Assembly (NCBI GenBank): GCA_964632485.1
Contig: CAZWDO010000006.1
Coordinates: 62,001-126,000 of the forward strand
Reading direction: 5' to 3'
Source of the DNA: an uncultured bacterium
Lineage (GTDB): Bacteria > JAGOEH01
Length of the DNA: 64,000 bases
The position numbers were made by a program, and so were the translations under genes. This document shows positions 19,548 through 28,003 of the stretch, in pieces. The stretch's first letter is position 1. The number at the start of each line of letters is the position of its first letter. The notes beneath the pieces were generated by a model, which searched no databases, was not told where the DNA came from, and saw nothing but the letters and a program-made list of their open reading frames with translations.

Positions 19548-20327
19548 ATGATTTCACCATTAAAAAGTTGCTTAAAAAAACTGATTATTTTTAGAAAAAA
19601 GGTGTATCTTTTATTTCACTGTGACTCTCACACTATTAAAAATGTGGGAATTAGAATGGGAATCAGTTGGGTGATATTATTAGTTTTATGTAGTAAACCC
19701 CCGGAAGCGAGATTGGATCAATTGGGTTATAATTATTTTATGATTTATCCGCGCCATTACGATTCAACCCGTACCTGGCCATTAATTTTTTTCCTGCATG
19801 GCAGGGGAGGGGGGACTACGGACTATAATGAATTTAGTGATTACGGCCTGGGGGATTATGCCGACAGCGCCACTGGATTTGAGTTTTTTGTGGCGGCGCC
19901 GCAAACGTGGGATGATTGGGAAATTTTTCTTTTAGATTCCGTTCTTTTGCGCATTAAAGAGCGCTTTCCGATTGATACGAATCGCATTTATTTGACCGGT
20001 TTCAGTATGGGAGGCAATGGCTGTTACCGGTGGGCGATTGAACACCCCGATCTTTTTGCGGCTCTTGCTCCGGTTGCGGGTTGGGGCATTCCTTCCCTGG
20101 CTTGCACCTTGAAAGATGTGCCGGTTTGGGCTTTCCATGATGAAGGCGACCCAATCATCCCGTATGGAGAAGCCCGGGAAATGATTGATTCTTTGCTCAG
20201 TTGCGGCGCTGATGCGCGTTTAACTACTTATAACAACCAGACCCACAATGCCTGGACGGAAACCTATCATAATGCTGAGCTTTATCAATGGTTTTTAAGC
20301 CATACCCGTAGTGGGAGCGCACAATGA
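19548..20327 (+). CDS. Alpha/beta-hydrolase (predicted peptidase / phospholipase-carboxylesterase family)
   Basis: PLIFFLHG, RIYLTGFSMGG, PVWAFH..GD, HNAW catalytic His. The true start may be further downstream (MGISWV). Confidence 0.88.
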   Translation: MISPLKSCLKKLIIFRKKVYLLFHCDSHTIKNVGIRMGISWVILLVLCSKPPEARLDQLGYNYFMIYPRHYDSTRTWPLIFFLHGRGGGTTDYNEFSDYGLGDYADSATGFEFFVAAPQTWDDWEIFLLDSVLLRIKERFPIDTNRIYLTGFSMGGNGCYRWAIEHPDLFAALAPVAGWGIPSLACTLKDVPVWAFHDEGDPIIPYGEAREMIDSLLSCGADARLTTYNNQTHNAWTETYHNAELYQWFLSHTRSGSAQ

Positions 20328-20953
20328 AGTCAAATTCCATGAAGCTGATCGTTAAGCGTTGTCTCTTTTTTGTCTTTATCCTATTTTTATTGCTTTTGGA
20401 CATGGATTTGAGCTGGGGATTGAATAGAAATTTCAAACAAAAGATTTACTATTTTGGACATTTGGGCAGTTTGAGCGGGATTGGCATGGGAATAGGCGCC
20501 AAATGGGGCGGTCCACTGAGAACAGAATTCCTTTTAGGCGCCGCCGCGCCCTTTTTTATCGGTCTGACGGCGCCCTATGTCGATAACCAAATAAATCTCC
20601 TGGCGCGTGTGCCGGTCGATCTGCGTTATGGTTTTTATATAGCTCCCGGCTGGTATCTTGGGTATTATGATATTATGGGCTCTACAAGTTCGCGCGATGA
20701 GTATTATAATTCATCATTCATCCAAATTCATAAAACTCTTTTTGAAAAAGGCCCTTTGCTGTCAGGCGGGTTTTATTATCCTAACGGATTGAAAAAACGG
20801 GCTATTGGCATCGAAGGGGGTGTCGTTTGGGGGATACATAAAAAAATGATTTATTATGAAACAAACTACAAAGGTTCTTTTTTATTAACAGCGGCGCGCA
20901 GTCTCGATAATTTGCCTGTTTTCCCATTTATGCAAATTTGGATCAAGTTCTAA
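20324..20953 (+). CDS. Hypothetical exported protein, probable small outer-membrane beta-barrel
   Basis: N-terminal hydrophobic signal, Gly/aromatic-rich amphipathic strands and C-terminal ...MQIWIKF. Confidence 0.5.
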   Translation: MKSNSMKLIVKRCLFFVFILFLLLLDMDLSWGLNRNFKQKIYYFGHLGSLSGIGMGIGAKWGGPLRTEFLLGAAAPFFIGLTAPYVDNQINLLARVPVDLRYGFYIAPGWYLGYYDIMGSTSSRDEYYNSSFIQIHKTLFEKGPLLSGGFYYPNGLKKRAIGIEGGVVWGIHKKMIYYETNYKGSFLLTAARSLDNLPVFPFMQIWIKF

Positions 20954-20968
20954 AAAGGATAGGGTTTT

Positions 20969-22582
20969 ATGTTGCATTTTTTTGATTGGATCGTTATTGT
21001 CCTCTATTTTATTCTGATTTTTATTGTGGCGTTCTGGTCAAGTTTTAAAAAAAAGGATTCAAACAAAACTTCCGCCGATTATTTTCTCGCTGGACGGAAT
21101 ATTGGTTGGTTTGTTATCGGCGCTTCTTTGTTTGCTTCCAATATCGGTAGTGAACACTTGGTTGGATTAGCGGGCAGCGGCGCAGCGGGTGGGGTAGCTG
21201 TCGGCCAGTTTGAAATTCTCGCTTCCCTAATTCTGTTAGCGCTTGGATGGCTTTTTGTGCCTTTCTATTTAAAAAGTGGTGTTTTTACAATGCCTGAATT
21301 TCTGGAAAAGCGCTACTCGGCTGGAGCGCGGTGGTATTTAGCCCTTATTTCGATTGTCGGTTATGTGCTAACCAAAATTTCAGTAACCATTGCGGCTGGC
21401 GGAATCGTTTTTGTTTCGTTAATGGGTATAGAATTTTGGACCGGGGCTTTGATCGTAGTGATTATCACGGGTATTTATACTGTATTCGGCGGATTGCGGG
21501 CAGTACTTTATACCGATTTGGCGCAAATGTTTATACTGATTGGCGGCTCTATCATCGTAACAGTTATCGGTTTGGTTGCCATTGGCGGTCCATTGGAACT
21601 CTACCGAACGGCGAGTCCGGCTTTTTTCAACCTTTGGAAACCGATGCATGATGCCAATTATCCATGGACAGGGATTATTTTTGGCGCGCCGATTCTGGGT
21701 GTCTGGTACTGGTGTACCGATCAGTTTATTGTCCAGCGGGTTCTTTCCGGCAAAAACATCGATAATTCCCGCCGAGGGACTATCTGGGCCGGATATCTGA
21801 AACTACTGCCGCTTTTCATTTTTGTTGTTCCGGGGATTATCGCCTTTTCACTGGCTAAAAAGGGGATTCTGACTCTTGATTCACCTGACCATGCTCTGCC
21901 AACCCTGATTGGAGTTCTGCTTCCGGTTGGTTTAAAAGGCATTGTTGTCGCTGGATTACTGGCCGCTTTGATGAGTTCACTTTCCTCCGTGTTCAATTCC
22001 TGCTCTACTCTTATTACCTGGGATATCTATAGAAAAATTCATCCCCAGGCTTCTGAAAAACAGTTAGTCTGGGTAGGCCGCATGGCTACGATTGTATTGG
22101 TTGCTTTTGGTTTAATGTGGATTCCCATGATGAAGTTGATTTCCGGCCAGATTTACCAATACCTTCAAAGCGTTCAGGCTTATATATCCCCTCCCATCGC
22201 CGCTATTTTTCTGCTGGGAGTTTTGTCAAAACGGGTGAATGCGCCCGGCGCTATCTCTGCCCTGGGTGTTGGATTCATTTTAGGGATCACCCGCTTAGCG
22301 CTTGAATTGTATAAGGATTCGCTTCATGGATTTTGGTTTCAATATGCTGATATTAATTTTCTTCATTTTGCGCTATTACTTTTCGTCATTTGTTCCACCG
22401 TCATGGTGATGGTCAGTATGTTCACTAAGCCTCCTTCGGACCGACATGTCGCTGAGTTGACCATTTTCACTACAAAACAGGAAAAAATTATAGGAAATCG
22501 TTCCTGGCTGCGTATAGACCTGATTTTGTCGCTACTGTTACTCGTGTTTGTAGCGCTGGTTTGGATTAGTTTTCGAGGTTGA
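20969..22582 (+). CDS. Sodium:solute symporter (SGLT-like sugar/inositol subfamily)
   Basis: DYFLAGR, SLFASNIGSEHLVGLAG, TMPEFLEKRY, WYWCTDQFIVQRVL, AALMSSLSSVFNS. Confidence 0.95.
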   Translation: MLHFFDWIVIVLYFILIFIVAFWSSFKKKDSNKTSADYFLAGRNIGWFVIGASLFASNIGSEHLVGLAGSGAAGGVAVGQFEILASLILLALGWLFVPFYLKSGVFTMPEFLEKRYSAGARWYLALISIVGYVLTKISVTIAAGGIVFVSLMGIEFWTGALIVVIITGIYTVFGGLRAVLYTDLAQMFILIGGSIIVTVIGLVAIGGPLELYRTASPAFFNLWKPMHDANYPWTGIIFGAPILGVWYWCTDQFIVQRVLSGKNIDNSRRGTIWAGYLKLLPLFIFVVPGIIAFSLAKKGILTLDSPDHALPTLIGVLLPVGLKGIVVAGLLAALMSSLSSVFNSCSTLITWDIYRKIHPQASEKQLVWVGRMATIVLVAFGLMWIPMMKLISGQIYQYLQSVQAYISPPIAAIFLLGVLSKRVNAPGAISALGVGFILGITRLALELYKDSLHGFWFQYADINFLHFALLLFVICSTVMVMVSMFTKPPSDRHVAELTIFTTKQEKIIGNRSWLRIDLILSLLLLVFVALVWISFRG

Positions 22583-22587
22583 TTGTT

Positions 22588-22614
22588 TGAAGGCTTAACT
22601 GCCTTCACTCTTTT
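22588..22614 (+). terminator. Putative intrinsic terminator after the symporter
   Basis: TGAAGGC-ttaact-GCCTTCA followed by CTCTTTT. Confidence 0.5.
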
Positions 22615-22736
22615 CTGGAAATTGGCGGCTTTAAAGTTTCGCGCCAATAGGTTGATTCTAATTGTTTTATTTGCGATTTGTTGAGCATGAAAATATTAGA
22701 AAAATCTGTCACTAAAAGATTGAAAGGAAGTGAATT

Positions 22737-24206
22737 ATGCCGCGTTTAATAATGATCGGATTGTGTTTCGTCTGTTTATTTATTACAATGAAAGGGAAGC
22801 CGGTGGATTTTGATACATTTTTTTTCAATCAGACTCTACGTGTCGATTATTATCATATCGGACATGCGCAAATGGATGTTATCGCCATTGATCAAATGAA
22901 ACGTTATGAAGGCTGGGCCGGCAGTTGCAAAAATTTGACTGACGAGTTCAATAATGGCCGTTATTATGCCCGTGTCTTTGACGATGCTAGCGGAGAACTG
23001 CTTTTTTCACGGGGATATGATTGTTATTTCGCAGAATATCAATCCAGCGATGATGGAGTAGCCGGTAAAACGAAAGTCTATCATGAATCAGTTTTGGTTC
23101 CTTATCCCCGTCAAAAAATCCGTCTGGTCATCGAACGGCGCGATCAACAGCAACAACTCAATAAAATATTCGAGCAGATTATTGATCCCGGCGATTGGCG
23201 GGTGATCAGGGAGGAAACCCACGATCCCCAATGTTATATCGAGAAAATCGTTAATAATGGCGATCCGCATCGTCATGTTGATCTGGTTGTTGTCGCCGAT
23301 GGGTACACCAATCGGGAACTCTCAAAATTTAAGCAGGATATGCAGCGCTTCAACGATTATTTTTTCTCATTGGAACCCTATCGTAGTATGCGCGATGAAT
23401 TTAATGTAACGGGAGTGTTGAAACCTTCTGTTGAAAGCGGTTGCGACGAACCGGAAAGTGATATCTACAAACAAACAGCATTGAATTGCACTTTTAATTC
23501 TTTAGGATCGGAACGCTATTTGCTGACTGAGGATAATCGCAGCCTGCGTGATATTGCCGGACAGGTTCCGTATGATGCGATTTTAGTAATGGTAAACCAT
23601 TCCCGCTATGGTGGGGGAGGAATCTATAATTCTTTCTGTACATTTACAAGTGATAATCAATGGGTGGATTATCTGATCCTGCATGAATTTGGGCATTCAT
23701 TTGGCGGACTGGCCGATGAATACTACACGTCGGAAACGGCTTATAACGATTTTTATCCCAAAGGCATTGAGCCGGTTGAACCGAATATCACCGCGTTGTT
23801 GGGAGATACGGTTAAATGGCAGAATGTGATGAGCGCAGGGTTGGCGATTCCGACTCCCTGGGAAAAGAGCGCCTTTGATAGTATGGACGGGGAATGGCAG
23901 CAACGCCGGCGGGAGATGAATCGGCGGATTAGTGATCTGAAACGCGCCCGCGCGCCTGAGAGTGAAATTAAAGCTGCTATTACCCTTTACGACCAGACTG
24001 ATCAGGAAAATAGTCAACGCGTTATTCAGTTTCTTGAAAAGTGTCAATATGCCGGGAAAGTGGGTGTATTCGAAGGCGCTGGATATTCTTCGCAGGGTCT
24101 CTATCGCCCTATGCTTGATTGCATCATGTTCAGTAAAGGGAAAAAGCCCTATTGCCAAATCTGTCAACACCATATCGAAAAAGTGATTCGCCACTATACA
24201 GAGTAG
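22737..24206 (+). CDS. Peptidase M64 (IgA-peptidase family) with M64 N-terminal domain
   Basis: TLRVDYYH, YHESV, DLVVVADGYT, YGGGGIYN, HEFGHSFGGLADEY, EGAGY...YRP..DCIM...C..C. Confidence 0.93.
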   Translation: MPRLIMIGLCFVCLFITMKGKPVDFDTFFFNQTLRVDYYHIGHAQMDVIAIDQMKRYEGWAGSCKNLTDEFNNGRYYARVFDDASGELLFSRGYDCYFAEYQSSDDGVAGKTKVYHESVLVPYPRQKIRLVIERRDQQQQLNKIFEQIIDPGDWRVIREETHDPQCYIEKIVNNGDPHRHVDLVVVADGYTNRELSKFKQDMQRFNDYFFSLEPYRSMRDEFNVTGVLKPSVESGCDEPESDIYKQTALNCTFNSLGSERYLLTEDNRSLRDIAGQVPYDAILVMVNHSRYGGGGIYNSFCTFTSDNQWVDYLILHEFGHSFGGLADEYYTSETAYNDFYPKGIEPVEPNITALLGDTVKWQNVMSAGLAIPTPWEKSAFDSMDGEWQQRRREMNRRISDLKRARAPESEIKAAITLYDQTDQENSQRVIQFLEKCQYAGKVGVFEGAGYSSQGLYRPMLDCIMFSKGKKPYCQICQHHIEKVIRHYTE

Positions 24207-24235
24207 CCGTGGGTTAAATGACTTTGAACTACATC

Positions 24236-24262
24236 TCCTGCGCGGGATTTCGCCGCGCAGGA
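24236..24262. terminator. GC-rich hairpin between convergent genes
   Basis: TCCTGCGCGG-gatttcg-CCGCGCAGGA has a perfect 10-bp stem. Confidence 0.6.
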
Positions 24263-24268
24263 TGAACG

Positions 24269-25063
24269 CTATAATTCTTTTTGTTTACGTAATTCCTCAT
24301 TTTTTACAGCCGGGGCGAAATAGCGTTTGCGGCCTTTAGTACTCTTTCCGAATTGGATCGCCTCAACCGGACAGGTCTGCAGGCAGGCCAGGCATTGTTC
24401 ACAATGCCCAAGCCAGTGGGGAAGACCTTCCTTTATTACAATATTATCTACCGGACAGATTTGAGCGCATCGTCCGCAATGCGTGCACTGAGTTTCTACC
24501 AAAAATTTTTTGTCCATAGTGGGAATTTTGCCGGAACTTATCGTATAAAAAAGACCACTAAATAGAATGTTAGTAAAAATATTGTTTGTTTCAATCTTAC
24601 TGTTTTGTTTCTGATTGATTATTGCGGCAATCGACGGTAATCGCCCGAGACTTGTTTGGATGGTGTTGCGGATTTTTTCATCACTATCAGCGCCATAAAA
24701 AGGCGTGTAATTTCCCGGCATCCGGATAGCCCAGCCTGCATTCAGCGTTTGGCCTTTCTTTCTCAGTTCTTTCTGCAGCATAGATAAGGTTGCCGCCGGC
24801 AATCCACCATTGGTCGCTAATGCAAAAATATAGGGTGCGCCATCAATGCTTAAATTGCGTATAAATCGCTTGATGATTAGTGGTAAGCCGAACATATAGA
24901 CCGGAAATACCAATCCGATTGCTTGACTGCGGGTCAGGGGTTGCGACTGCTTCAATGCGGCGGCGATCCCGATCATTTCCGTTTCACCCTCAAGTTTTAA
25001 TTGCAGCTCACGGGCGATTATCAGTGAGTTCCCGGTGCCTGAAAAATAGAAAATTGTCGTCAT
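24269..25063 (-). CDS. EFR1-family flavodoxin-like / 4Fe-4S ferredoxin protein
   Basis: YFSGTGNS, FPVY, MPGNY, CTHCGRCAQICP and CEQCLACLQTCP. Confidence 0.92.
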   Translation of the reverse strand: MTTIFYFSGTGNSLIIARELQLKLEGETEMIGIAAALKQSQPLTRSQAIGLVFPVYMFGLPLIIKRFIRNLSIDGAPYIFALATNGGLPAATLSMLQKELRKKGQTLNAGWAIRMPGNYTPFYGADSDEKIRNTIQTSLGRLPSIAAIINQKQNSKIETNNIFTNILFSGLFYTISSGKIPTMDKKFLVETQCTHCGRCAQICPVDNIVIKEGLPHWLGHCEQCLACLQTCPVEAIQFGKSTKGRKRYFAPAVKNEELRKQKEL

Positions 25064-25477
25064 GCAAACTCTCCTTTGGAAATCTTGTTAATCGATCCAA
25101 TTCGCAGCGGCCGTTGAAATTTATAACTGAAAATGATTATCGGCCATTCGAAAAATCCAATCCGCGGAATTCTATTCCAGACTGGTTGCGCATTTTTCTT
25201 GAATCTAAATATAGCTATTATCCCTCATTTTGTCAAGTTGTGTTGAAAAAAAATTGCGCTTAATTTATATGTACCCGCTATCAACCGTGATTTAAATTAG
25301 TTATCATTCAAGAGGTCTCCTAAGAATGATATTTTAGTTAAAATAGTGACTGTTACCGTCACTTCATGTAAACGGATCAGCAATATTACAATTTATGCTG
25401 CCGACGCAAAAAAAAATCAACTGGATTGTCGAAGCTGAACGCTTTGGGGTCACTAATGGAGGAGATAGTTTTTGATA

Positions 25478-25506
25478 TTGACAATTTTAAATAATTAATG
25501 TATAAT
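25478..25506 (+). promoter_or_regulatory. Consensus sigma70 promoter
   Basis: TTGACA-N17-TATAAT exact consensus upstream of the HD gene. Confidence 0.75.
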
Positions 25507-25561
25507 GATTATGTTTATTTTGTTTATTAAAATGAGAACTGAATGAAAAAAGGAGTGAGGA

Positions 25562-26140
25562 ATGACCTTTATAGAAAAAACCGGTATTGAGCGGGAAACT
25601 GCTGTCAAATTGCTAAACCAATATATTACCAATGAAAATATGTTAAAACATTGTTTGGCTTCTGAAGCCGTCATGCGGAAATTGGCTGGATTTTTTGGTG
25701 AAGATGGCGATATTTGGGCCATGGCCGGCCTTTTGCACGACTTGGATGCGGAAATGACGGCCGGCGATATGCAGCGTCATACTATTCCGGCTCGAGAAAT
25801 TTTATTAAAAGCCGGTGTAAAATCTGATATTGTCGATGCAATCTGTATGCATAATGAGGAAGCAAGCGGAAAGGAGCGTGTGGATCGATTTCATATCGCT
25901 TTGGCCGCCGGTGAAACGATTACGGGTTTGATTATGGCTACGACGCTGGTTTATCCGGATAAGAAAATTGCTTCCGTTAAAACCAAGTCGATTGTCAAAC
26001 GTATGAAGGAAAAAGCGTTTGCCGCCAGCGTTAATCGCGATACCATCCGTGAATGTGAGAAATTGGGATTAGCTCTGGACCAATTTGCCTCGCTGGCGCT
26101 TGAAGCTATGACCGAAATCGCCGGAGAGCTGGAGTTATGA
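25562..26140 (+). CDS. HD/HDIG-domain metal-dependent hydrolase (COG2316-like)
   Basis: HCLASEAVMR, GLLHDLD, ETITGLI, KEKAFAASVNR. Confidence 0.88.
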   Translation: MTFIEKTGIERETAVKLLNQYITNENMLKHCLASEAVMRKLAGFFGEDGDIWAMAGLLHDLDAEMTAGDMQRHTIPAREILLKAGVKSDIVDAICMHNEEASGKERVDRFHIALAAGETITGLIMATTLVYPDKKIASVKTKSIVKRMKEKAFAASVNRDTIRECEKLGLALDQFASLALEAMTEIAGELEL

Positions 26141-26769
26141 TGATGTTAAGGGTTCTCCTCTGGATGGCGATGCTGACCTTGACCCTTCATGCCCGCTTCC
26201 AGCCCGGAGATAAGGTGATCTATTCTCGATTCTATATTAATATGATTGATTTGCAAACCATTGAAATCATGACAATTGTCAAGATCACTGACCAATTTGC
26301 GCGCTTGATTTATGACGATGGCCAAAAAATTACGACCCATATTTCAAGTATCCAACCTATTTTTAACATTGATTCCATTTTTCGGGACTCTTTAGTCGGA
26401 GCTTTTCAACATCAATATTCACTCGATTCCCTGAAAAATATTACTATTGAAAGTGTGGATCTGGGTGGAGCTTTGTCTGAAAACGATTCGATTTATTATT
26501 CCGGTCAACGGTATCGTCTGATTCTCCAGGATGTTAAGGAAACTCAACGAGAATTCGAAACTGTCGATACATTTCTTTACATTAATCCTGGAATGACGCT
26601 TTATGGAATCAATGATGGGAAGCCCGATTATTACGTCGTTCGGGCGGGCGGAATGGAAGAACAGGGCGTTGATTGGGCGCTTTATCCGCTCTTCGTCGAA
26701 CTTTTTTTAAAAATCGATGCGTTGCGCATATTGAAAGATGAACCTTTACGATTAAAATTTTCCCGCTAA
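26137..26769 (+). CDS. Hypothetical exported protein
   Basis: Signal peptide (LTLHA), ATGA overlap with the HD gene, 210-aa ORF. Confidence 0.65.
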   Translation: MMMLRVLLWMAMLTLTLHARFQPGDKVIYSRFYINMIDLQTIEIMTIVKITDQFARLIYDDGQKITTHISSIQPIFNIDSIFRDSLVGAFQHQYSLDSLKNITIESVDLGGALSENDSIYYSGQRYRLILQDVKETQREFETVDTFLYINPGMTLYGINDGKPDYYVVRAGGMEEQGVDWALYPLFVELFLKIDALRILKDEPLRLKFSR

Positions 26770-26793
26770 AGTTTTTTTAAAATCGTCCGATAA
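26767..26793 (+). promoter_or_regulatory. Sigma28 (FliA/SigD)-like promoter
   Basis: TAAAGTTT-N11-TCCGATAA against the consensus TAAAGTTT-N11-GCCGATAA (one mismatch). Confidence 0.7.
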
Positions 26794-26867
26794 TAAAGAA
26801 GGGTACTTAACCCATTAAGTTAAGTACGGATTTCATTGAGCCGATCAGCACCCATAATTAAAAGGAG

Positions 26868-27059
26868 ATGTGTATGATCAACGCTGTGGACAATCAGGCG
26901 AGGATTCAGCAAACAATGCAAATGAATGTGGATTTGCTCAAGCAACAACTATCCTCTCAAAATGAATTATCGCAGAAAGTTGTGGAGATGAACACACAGA
27001 TGCGGGTAAGCAATCAAAAATCGAGCCTCCAAGCTGGAGCAGTTGATTTATTCGCTTGA
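26868..27059 (+). CDS. Small Gln-rich helical protein, YjfB / putative motility protein-like
   Basis: Strong AAGGAG RBS, LLKQQL..QNEL pattern and C-terminal GAVDLFA resembling YjfB-type proteins. Confidence 0.6.
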   Translation: MCMINAVDNQARIQQTMQMNVDLLKQQLSSQNELSQKVVEMNTQMRVSNQKSSLQAGAVDLFA

Positions 27060-27691
27060 TGGATTCATTCGATTCTATCCGCTCAGAAGCCCAATTCGAA
27101 TTGCTGGAGAGAAAATCGCGATTTATTGCCTTTATCTACCCAGTTGATACAGAATGCGCCGCACAGGAAAAACTTGCGAATTTACGGAAAATTTATTATA
27201 ATGCGGCGCATTATTGTTGGTCTGTTCGTTTATTGGGGGATACCCAACCTCTTATTCGGTTTTCCGATGATGGTGAACCCTCCCGAAGCGCGGGATTTCC
27301 AATATCACTTACATTAGAGGGCGCAAATTTATTTAATACCTTGATTTGTGTTGTGCGCTATTTCGGTGGAATAAAGCTGGGTACCGGCGGATTGGTTAAG
27401 GCCTATACAGCCGCTGCCCAAGGTGTTATCGATTTGGCTGAACGGATTGCGTGGCAGGCAGTAGCGGATATCCAACTAGTATTTCACCATGAGCAAACCG
27501 GACTTGTAATGCGTATGGTCAATGAGTTTCAACTCCGGATTCTCACCCGGGAGTATAGTGATAGCGTAATCTGTCATTTACAGGCGCCGATCGCTCAGTG
27601 GCCGGCATTTCAACAACAAATCGAAGAACTTTCAGCGGGCGGCCTGCATCCAGTATTGACTGGCCGTTCTTGGATTTCGCCCTCCACGTAA
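27056..27691 (+). CDS. yigZ: YigZ / IMPACT family protein
   Basis: KSRFIA, A.HYCW, SDDGEP, VVRYFGGIKLGTGGLVKAY. Confidence 0.93.
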   Translation: MMDSFDSIRSEAQFELLERKSRFIAFIYPVDTECAAQEKLANLRKIYYNAAHYCWSVRLLGDTQPLIRFSDDGEPSRSAGFPISLTLEGANLFNTLICVVRYFGGIKLGTGGLVKAYTAAAQGVIDLAERIAWQAVADIQLVFHHEQTGLVMRMVNEFQLRILTREYSDSVICHLQAPIAQWPAFQQQIEELSAGGLHPVLTGRSWISPST

Positions 27692-28003
27692 TCTATTCCC
27701 TAAGACTCCCTATGGACAATCTGCATTTTAAATTTTTTGAGGCTTCTTCTCAGCTCAGTGTTGAATTCTTTAACCGAGGGAGTTTTGTTCAAAACCGGAA
27801 TGACTGATGGATGCATATTCTTCCTGTTTTCGCAATGAAGATATACTATTTTGGTGGGTGATTTTTGAGTGGTATTTGATCTTTTTCTTTTTTTAAAAAC
27901 TTTTAAAAATCTTCTTGCTTAATTGACTGATTATTGTTATATTAATTTTTTTGTTACGTAGTTATTTCACTGAAAAGTAATCAAACCCAAAGGAGGAAGA
28001 AGG

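Noticed and set aside
25137-25144. GCCGATAA sigma28 -10 on the minus strand
   Set aside because: There is no TAAA -35 at the correct spacing.
25365-25440. c-di-GMP-I riboswitch-like text (TAAACGG...CCGACGCAAA)
   Set aside because: It has no GNRA loop or second stem, runs into poly-A, and lies upstream of the downstream gene's promoter.
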